DNA of 64,000 nucleotides from an uncultured Gemmatimonadales bacterium (lineage in GTDB: Bacteria; Gemmatimonadota; Gemmatimonadetes; Gemmatimonadales; GWC2-71-9): NCBI GenBank assembly GCA_963825065.1, contig CAWGRU010000011.1:24666-88665 (forward strand). Reading direction: 5' to 3'. How positions within the stretch are numbered: the first letter of the stretch is position 1; each line of letters starts with the position of its first letter. Made by a program: the position numbers and the translations under genes. This document shows, in pieces, positions 57,145-64,000 of the stretch. A model generated the notes under the pieces. That model was not told the origin of the DNA and did not search any database. It saw only the letters and a program-made list of their open reading frames with translations.

Positions 57145-58475
57145 GAGGCGGGCTTCACCGGTGTACCGCCGCCCACCAGGTAGCGCACCGTCTTCACCCG
57201 CCGGCCATCCATCTCCACGATCTCGAACAGGTCCTGCCCTACCGTGATCCGGTCGCCGGCCCGTGGCAGGCGGCCGAGCTGGCCGAAGAGGTACCCGCCG
57301 AGGGTGGTGTAGTCGGTGTCGTCGAGCTGCAGGTCGTGTTCGGCGTTGAAATCGGAGATCGGCACGCTGCCATCCAGTTGCGGGGCGCCCTGCGGTGCGG
57401 CCTTGGGGCGGTCGAGGCGGTCGTACTCGTCGAAGATATCGCCCACGATCTCCTCGAGCAGATCCTCCATGGTGACCAGGCCGGCGGTGCCGCCGTACTC
57501 GTCCAGCACGACGGCGAGATGGACCTTGAGCCGCTTCATGTCCGCCAGCACGTCCTCCACCTCCCGGGTCCCGGGCACGAAGAGCGGCGGGCGCATCACG
57601 GCGCCGATGGTGGTCCCCGGATGCTGTCGGACCGCAGTCAGGATATCCTTGGCGTGGACCACGCCGACGATGTCGTCCAGCGATTCGCCGTACACGGGGT
57701 AGCGGGAGCGCCGGGCCTCGGCCACCACGTCGGCGGCGTCCTCGACGGTGAGGTCCCGCTCCAGCGCCACCATCTGGGTGCGGGGGGTCATCACCTCCTG
57801 GGCGCTCTTCTCCGAGAACTCAAACACCCCCTCCAGCAGTCGGGCATCTTCCTTCCCCAGCGACCCGCCTTCTTGGCTTTGTTCGACGAGCATGCGAATT
57901 TCATCCGGCGAGTGCAGCCGCTCGTGATCCCCGGAGACGTTGAGTCGGAGCGTCTTCATGAGTCGGGTGGCGGATCGGTTGACCACCAGGGTCGGGACCG
58001 CCATGACCCAGGCGAACGCCATGAGGGGGGCCGCCACCCAGCCGCTGAGCGTCTCGGGGTGCAGCAGGGCGATGGCCTTCGGCAGCATCTCGCCCAGGAT
58101 GAGCAGGGTGAAGGTGATGACGGTGAAGGCCACGATCGTCGCCACCAGATCGGTGTGGATGGGGCCGAGATGGTCCGGGAGTCCCTTGAAGGCGGCGCGG
58201 ATGGCACGGGACAGACTCGGCTCGCCGATCCAGCCAAGGGCCAGGCTGCAGAGCGTGATGCCGACCTGGGTGGCCGAGATGTAGCGGGGCAGGTCGTCGA
58301 GGATCCGGAGCGCGAACCCCGCCCGGGCGTCGCCGTGCTGTGCCATACCCTCGAGCCGGGTCCGCCGGGAGCCGACCAGCGCGAACTCGGCCGCCACGAA
58401 GAAGGCGTTCAGGGCCAACAGCAGGACCACGGCCGTCAGCCCGGCCAGGAGCGGTACGCCCGACGATGTCTCCAT
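57141..58475 (-). CDS. CNNM/CorC-type hemolysin-family protein (DUF21 - CBS pair - CorC_HlyC)
   Basis: DUF21 TM region with LNAFFVAAEFALV, a CBS pair (VMTPRTQMVAL.. / VVHAKDIL..), and a C-terminal transporter-associated domain. Confidence 0.85.
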   Translation of the reverse strand: METSSGVPLLAGLTAVVLLLALNAFFVAAEFALVGSRRTRLEGMAQHGDARAGFALRILDDLPRYISATQVGITLCSLALGWIGEPSLSRAIRAAFKGLPDHLGPIHTDLVATIVAFTVITFTLLILGEMLPKAIALLHPETLSGWVAAPLMAFAWVMAVPTLVVNRSATRLMKTLRLNVSGDHERLHSPDEIRMLVEQSQEGGSLGKEDARLLEGVFEFSEKSAQEVMTPRTQMVALERDLTVEDAADVVAEARRSRYPVYGESLDDIVGVVHAKDILTAVRQHPGTTIGAVMRPPLFVPGTREVEDVLADMKRLKVHLAVVLDEYGGTAGLVTMEDLLEEIVGDIFDEYDRLDRPKAAPQGAPQLDGSVPISDFNAEHDLQLDDTDYTTLGGYLFGQLGRLPRAGDRITVGQDLFEIVEMDGRRVKTVRYLVGGGTPVKPAS

Positions 58476-58521
58476 ATCCGGTAAGACTAGCCGTCCCTCT
58501 CACCGCCCGCGAGGGCAACGC

Positions 58522-59802
58522 ATGATCCGCCAGCTTGCGGTACCCCCGTTCGACCGGCTGGACCCGTTTCTGCCCAAAGTCGCCCTCAGCGACGCCGCGA
58601 CCCGCGCCGGGGTCACCGAGATCCTCGAGGACGTCGCGATCCGGGGCGACCTGGCCGTGCGCCACTGGACCCGGAAGTTCGACGGCGTCGATCTCGCGCC
58701 CGAACAGTGGGAACTGCCGCGCGCCGAATGGGAGGCGGCGCTCGACCGGATCGACGTCGAGCTGCGTGAGGCGCTGGAGATGGCGGTGTACCGGGTCCGG
58801 GAGTACCACAAGCGTCAACGGGACCTCGGCTTCACCCTGCTCGAGGAGGACGGCAGCATCCTCGGCATGCGGGTCACGCCGATCGACCGGGTGGGGCTCT
58901 ACGTCCCCGGCGGCAAGGCGGCCTACCCCTCCAGCGTCATCATGAACGCGGTGCCCGCGGTAGTGGCCGGCGTGGAGGAGATCATCGCCGTGACGCCCCC
59001 CGCCGGGGTGACCGACGCGGTGCTGGCCGCCTGCGCCCTCGCCGGGGTGACCCGGATGTATCGGATCGGGGGCGCGCAGGCCGTCGGGGCGCTGGCCTAC
59101 GGGACCCGGACCATCCGCCGGGTGGACAAGGTCGTGGGCCCGGGCAACAAGTGGGTGGCGGAGGCCAAGCGACAGGTGGTCGGGCAGGTGGGCATCGACA
59201 TGATCGCCGGCCCCACCGAGCTGCTGATCATCGCCGACTCGACCGCGATCCCGGAGCGGATCGCTGCCGACATGATCGCGCAATCGGAGCACGATGAGGA
59301 TGCCACCGCCTGGCTGGTGACGACCGATCTGCAGCTCGCCGATCAGGTCCCCGCCGCCCTGGAGAAGCACCTCGCGCGCAATCCCCGCCGCGAGGTGGCC
59401 CGCGCCTCCCTGGAGCGGAATGGCCTGATCGTCTGGGTGCCGACGGTGCAGGACGCCGTGAAGGTGGCGAACCTGCGCGCGCCGGAGCACCTCGAGATCG
59501 TCACCCGGGACCCCGAGGGCGACGCCACCGGGGTCCGTCACGCCGGCGCGATCTTCCTGGGGGACGACTCCCCTGAACCGGTCGGGGATTACATCGCGGG
59601 GCCGAGTCACGTCCTGCCGACGGCGGGGACGGCGCGGCACGCCTCGCCGCTCGGCGTCTACGACTTCGTGAAGCGGACCAGCATCATCCACTACACCCGG
59701 GACCGGCTCTACAACGACGCCTCGCGGATCATCGCCCTGGCCGAGGCCGAGGGCCTGTTCGGCCATGCGGAGGCGGTGCGGATCCGGGTGCAGCCCGAGT
59801 AG
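58522..59802 (+). CDS. hisD: Histidinol dehydrogenase
   Basis: 426 aa. YVPGGKAAYPSSVIM, AGPTELLIIAD, AQSEHDEDA and HLE motifs. Confidence 0.92.
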   Translation: MIRQLAVPPFDRLDPFLPKVALSDAATRAGVTEILEDVAIRGDLAVRHWTRKFDGVDLAPEQWELPRAEWEAALDRIDVELREALEMAVYRVREYHKRQRDLGFTLLEEDGSILGMRVTPIDRVGLYVPGGKAAYPSSVIMNAVPAVVAGVEEIIAVTPPAGVTDAVLAACALAGVTRMYRIGGAQAVGALAYGTRTIRRVDKVVGPGNKWVAEAKRQVVGQVGIDMIAGPTELLIIADSTAIPERIAADMIAQSEHDEDATAWLVTTDLQLADQVPAALEKHLARNPRREVARASLERNGLIVWVPTVQDAVKVANLRAPEHLEIVTRDPEGDATGVRHAGAIFLGDDSPEPVGDYIAGPSHVLPTAGTARHASPLGVYDFVKRTSIIHYTRDRLYNDASRIIALAEAEGLFGHAEAVRIRVQPE

Positions 59803-59873
59803 TCCCGGCGCGCGGCGTCTCCGCACTCTGGGTTTCGCACCCCCTCCGGCCGGTTGGTGGCTAGATTTCCCGC

Positions 59874-60815
59874 ATGAATGCCCCGCCCTGCGCCCACGTC
59901 GACCGCCGGCTCGCCGGACCACCGGTCGCCCGGCTCTGGCTGGTGTTCGGCCTCACCGCGGTCTTCATGGTGGTGGAGGCGGTCGGGGGATGGCTGGCCG
60001 GCTCGCTCGCCCTGCTGGCCGACGCCGGACACATGCTCACCGATGTGGGGGCGCTCGGCCTGACCCTGCTCACCGCCTGGATCGCCCGGCGGCCCGCCAA
60101 TCAGACCAAGACCTACGGCTATCTCCGCTGGGAGATCCTCGCCGCGCTGGTGAATGGCGCCGTGCTCTTCGGCATCGCCGCGTTGGTGGTCTATGAAGCG
60201 ATCAACAGGATCGGTCACCCCGAGCCGATCAAGGGCGGGCTCTTCCTGGTGGTGGCCGCGGCCGGCCTGCTGGTCAACGCCGGCTCGCTCTGGCTGCTGC
60301 ATGGCGCCCAGCACGAGCATCACAACACCCGCGGTGCCTACCTTCATATTCTGGGCGACCTGCTGGGTTCGGTCGGCGCGGTGGCGGCTGCGCTCATCGT
60401 GCTGAGCACCGGCTGGACCCTGGCCGATCCGATCATATCCGTAGTGCTGTCGCTGCTGATCCTGGTCGGCGCCTGGCGACTGGTCCGGGAGAGCACCGAC
60501 ATCCTGCTCGATGCGGTCCCCGCGCATATCGCGCTGGGCGAGGTCGAGCGGCGGATGCTGGCGGTGGCCGGCGTCGAAGCGGTGCACGATCTTCACGTCT
60601 GGACCGTGACCAGCGGCATGGTGGCGATGAGCGGGCACGCCCTGGTGCCCGATCTGGCCGCGCATCCGGGGGTCCTGGAGGCGATCCGCCGGGCCCTGGC
60701 CGGGCTGGGGATCGGGCACGTCACAATCCAGCTGGAAACCCGTGGCGGGTGCGTCGAGGACGTCCGGGAAGCCCGGCTCCCCGCCGTCCCCGACCACGCC
60801 GGTCACGCCCACTGA
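59874..60815 (+). CDS. Cation diffusion facilitator family transporter (CzcD/ZitB-like)
   Basis: LLADAGHMLTDV, the HILGDLLGS metal-site motif, and a C-terminal cytoplasmic domain. Confidence 0.85.
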   Translation: MNAPPCAHVDRRLAGPPVARLWLVFGLTAVFMVVEAVGGWLAGSLALLADAGHMLTDVGALGLTLLTAWIARRPANQTKTYGYLRWEILAALVNGAVLFGIAALVVYEAINRIGHPEPIKGGLFLVVAAAGLLVNAGSLWLLHGAQHEHHNTRGAYLHILGDLLGSVGAVAAALIVLSTGWTLADPIISVVLSLLILVGAWRLVRESTDILLDAVPAHIALGEVERRMLAVAGVEAVHDLHVWTVTSGMVAMSGHALVPDLAAHPGVLEAIRRALAGLGIGHVTIQLETRGGCVEDVREARLPAVPDHAGHAH

Positions 60816-60835
60816 ACCCCCCGGTTTTCCCGCCC

Positions 60836-60864
60836 TTGCTCCGATAGTCCTCTCTGTCTATATA
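60836..60864 (+). promoter_or_regulatory. Sigma70-type promoter for typA
   Basis: TTGCTC (60836-60841), a 17-nt spacer, then TATATA (60859-60864). This is a conspicuous AT patch in GC-rich DNA, about 78 nt upstream of the typA ATG, which has a GAGGAG RBS. Confidence 0.5.
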
Positions 60865-60941
60865 TGCCGCCCGGTGACCCGGGGTGGACCGGCGGTCCGT
60901 CGGCTCACGGTACCACCCCAATCGAGGAGTAGAAGGACCCG

Positions 60942-62802
<1,861 letters not shown>

Positions 62803-62844
62803 ACCCCGATGCCGGAACTCCTTCTACCCGTGACGGAGGCAGTC

Positions 62845-63081
62845 ATGCTGCCGTGGGAAGCGTCGCTCGAGGCGTTCGAGTCGCGTCGTCGCCGTGACGA
62901 TGACGACTTCGACGAGGACGAGGACAGTTTCTCGTTCGATGATGAAGAGGACGATGAGGACTTCGACGACGAGGATCTCGACGAAGAGGACGATCTCGAC
63001 GAGGAGCTCGATGAGGACCTCGACGACGTCGAATTCGGCGACGGTGAGGACGACGAGGACGAGAGCCCGCGGCGCCGCTAG
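62845..63081 (+). CDS. Hypothetical extremely acidic (Asp/Glu-rich) small protein
   Basis: GGAGG lies 5 nt upstream of ATG 62845. 78 aa, of which over half are D/E (DDDDFDEDEDSFSFDDEEDDEDFDDEDLDEEDDLDEELDEDLDD). A 9-bp GC hairpin follows the stop. Confidence 0.45.
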   Translation: MLPWEASLEAFESRRRRDDDDFDEDEDSFSFDDEEDDEDFDDEDLDEEDDLDEELDEDLDDVEFGDGEDDEDESPRRR

Positions 63082-63098
63082 GCCCGCCGGGCCGGGTC

Positions 63099-63122
63099 GG
63101 GGCGGGCCGCATTGCCCGCCCC
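63099..63122 (+). terminator. GC-rich stem-loop after the acidic ORF (no U-tract)
   Basis: Perfect 9-bp stem GGGGCGGGC/GCCCGCCCC with a 6-nt loop. Confidence 0.35.
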
Positions 63123-63183
63123 GCCGCCTTGGGTTGCCAACCGGCACCCCGATCCGCTATCGTCCCGTCCCCCAAGAGGACCG

Positions 63184-63257
<74 letters not shown>

Positions 63258-63272
63258 CTCAAGTTCAAGATC

Positions 63273-63315
63273 GCGCCGCGCACTGACTTACGAGTCGATG
63301 TGCGGCGCTCTTTTT
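63273..63315 (+). terminator. Intrinsic terminator after tRNA-Ile
   Basis: 7-bp GC stem GCGCCGC/GCGGCGC with a long loop, followed by TCTTTTT. Confidence 0.5.
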
Positions 63316-63331
63316 GGGGGGGTAGGCAGGG

Positions 63332-63856
63332 GGGGTGCCCGAGCGGTACCCTTTCTCGACGGTCGGAAACGCGGCTCGAGACTATCAGGCGAGAGCAGTG
63401 TCAGGGTTGGCGTTCCGATTGATGCGTCGGAGGTCGCACCCTCATGCCGCGCCGTGTGTCCTATGGTTTCCATTGCCAGCCTGACTCCTGGCGGGCGTCT
63501 CAGTTTCGCAATCTCGGCGCAATCGAGGTCAACGCTCCCGCATCCGGCAACGATTGGAAGCAGGTTACGCGTTGCGGGGAGAAGGCCATCTGCGCTTTGC
63601 CTTTCGTGCTCGAAGAATGACGCACACAGAAAAGTCCTGATAGGTCCGGGCCTAGTCGGCTTTCACACCCACAAGCTGAGAGGTCGCACTCGGTTTCGAT
63701 CCATAAGCGGAGCGAATCCATTCAACACCTTCACGCTAAAGCAATCAACTCCGCTCTCGAAAGTTGTGGGGTAGGTTCAACCACCTGTGGAGTCCGGGTA
63801 CCTTAAGAAACCACTTTGCAAGCAGGGGGTCGCCGGCTCGATCCCGGTCCGCTCCA
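63332..63856 (+). ncRNA. tmRNA-like structured RNA (candidate ssrA); identity not settled
   Basis: The 5' end GGGGTGC..(17 nt)..TCTCGACGG resembles the tmRNA 5' consensus GGGG...UUCGACGG. The 3' end has a T-arm GCCGG-CTCGATC-CCGGT, an acceptor strand CCGCTCC and discriminator A. The 5'/3' strands pair with a G.U at position 3:70. The region is AT-richer, has stops in frames, and is followed by a strong terminator. Caveats: it is about 525 nt long (long for tmRNA), and no canonical ...LAA tag frame was found. Confidence 0.4.
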
Positions 63857-63867
63857 CTTCACAAGTC

Positions 63868-63907
63868 GAGGCCCCACACCGTGTATCGCTGTGGGGCCTC
63901 GGTTCTT
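63868..63907 (+). terminator. Intrinsic terminator after the tmRNA-like RNA
   Basis: Perfect 11-bp stem gaggccccaca/tgtggggcctc with an 11-nt loop, followed by ggttcttc. Confidence 0.7.
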
Positions 63908-64000
63908 CACCTCACCTCCGCCTTTGAGAGCGCGAAGCGCCTCGTCGAACCGTAGCGTCAGGGCCGGAAGAGGAGTTTCTGCAATGGGGAGCCCGCGTGG

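Noticed and set aside
62824-63175. Minus-strand ORFs 62824..63147 and 62843..63175 opposite the acidic ORF.
   Set aside because: They are antisense translations of GAC/GAG repeats (Val/Leu/Ile or Arg/Pro runs) with no start context. The plus-strand acidic ORF has the better RBS and codon bias.
63332-63856. RNase P RNA, SRP RNA or a tRNA with a group I intron as the identity of the structured RNA locus.
   Set aside because: The RNase P universal blocks (GAGGAAAGTCCGGGC, AGGGTGAAA, ACAGAAnCCGGCTTA) are absent; only loose resemblances such as GAAAAGTCC...GGTCCGGGC occur. The SRP GGAAGCAGC apical motif is not in a suitable helix. The 5' part does not form a D-arm or anticodon arm, so an intron-split tRNA is unsupported. 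tmRNA-like remains the best, though unproven, fit.

Overview
Very GC-rich bacterial chromosomal segment. The gene content is diderm-type: FtsEX plus an EnvC-like M23 peptidase, SurA-type chaperones, an LPS heptosyltransferase and a lytic transglycosylase. There are about 50 densely packed protein genes, and many are joined by 4-nt ATGA/GTGA/TTGA stop-start overlaps. Most of the content is housekeeping. DNA repair genes include an alkD-like gene, an fpg/nei-family glycosylase, uvrA, nfo and mfd. Other core genes are hisZ-hisG, hisD, lepA, typA, pckG, moaC, holB, pdxA and a DAHP synthase. RNA genes are tRNA-Asn(GTT), tRNA-Ile(GAT) and, at the 3' end, a long AT-richer tmRNA-like structured RNA locus with its own strong terminator. 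I saw no transposase, integrase, CRISPR array or recognisable defence island. Most of the long ORFs in the six-frame track are alternative-frame or antisense artefacts of the high GC content. Five things stand out. (1) At least 10 single-base frame disruptions sit in strongly conserved genes: six within ~600 bp of uvrA, two in the divergent neighbouring membrane gene, one at the pdxA start and one near the typA 3' end. (2) An uncharacterised GHKL-ATPase plus STAS-like/wHTH gene pair is translationally coupled inside a sugar-kinase/transsulfuration operon; this is my best candidate for an undescribed regulatory (partner-switch-like) system. (3) A membrane-anchored triple-FHA protein plus a PP2C phosphatase occur with no kinase in view. 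(4) A secreted DUF4384 protein carries 4 near-identical 78-bp tandem coding repeats and lies divergent from a MoxR-less DUF58-BatA pair that is overlap-coupled to mfd. (5) A sulfatase is fused to a duplicated lectin-like plus Ig-like module. All functional calls rest on motif recognition by eye; no database search was run.
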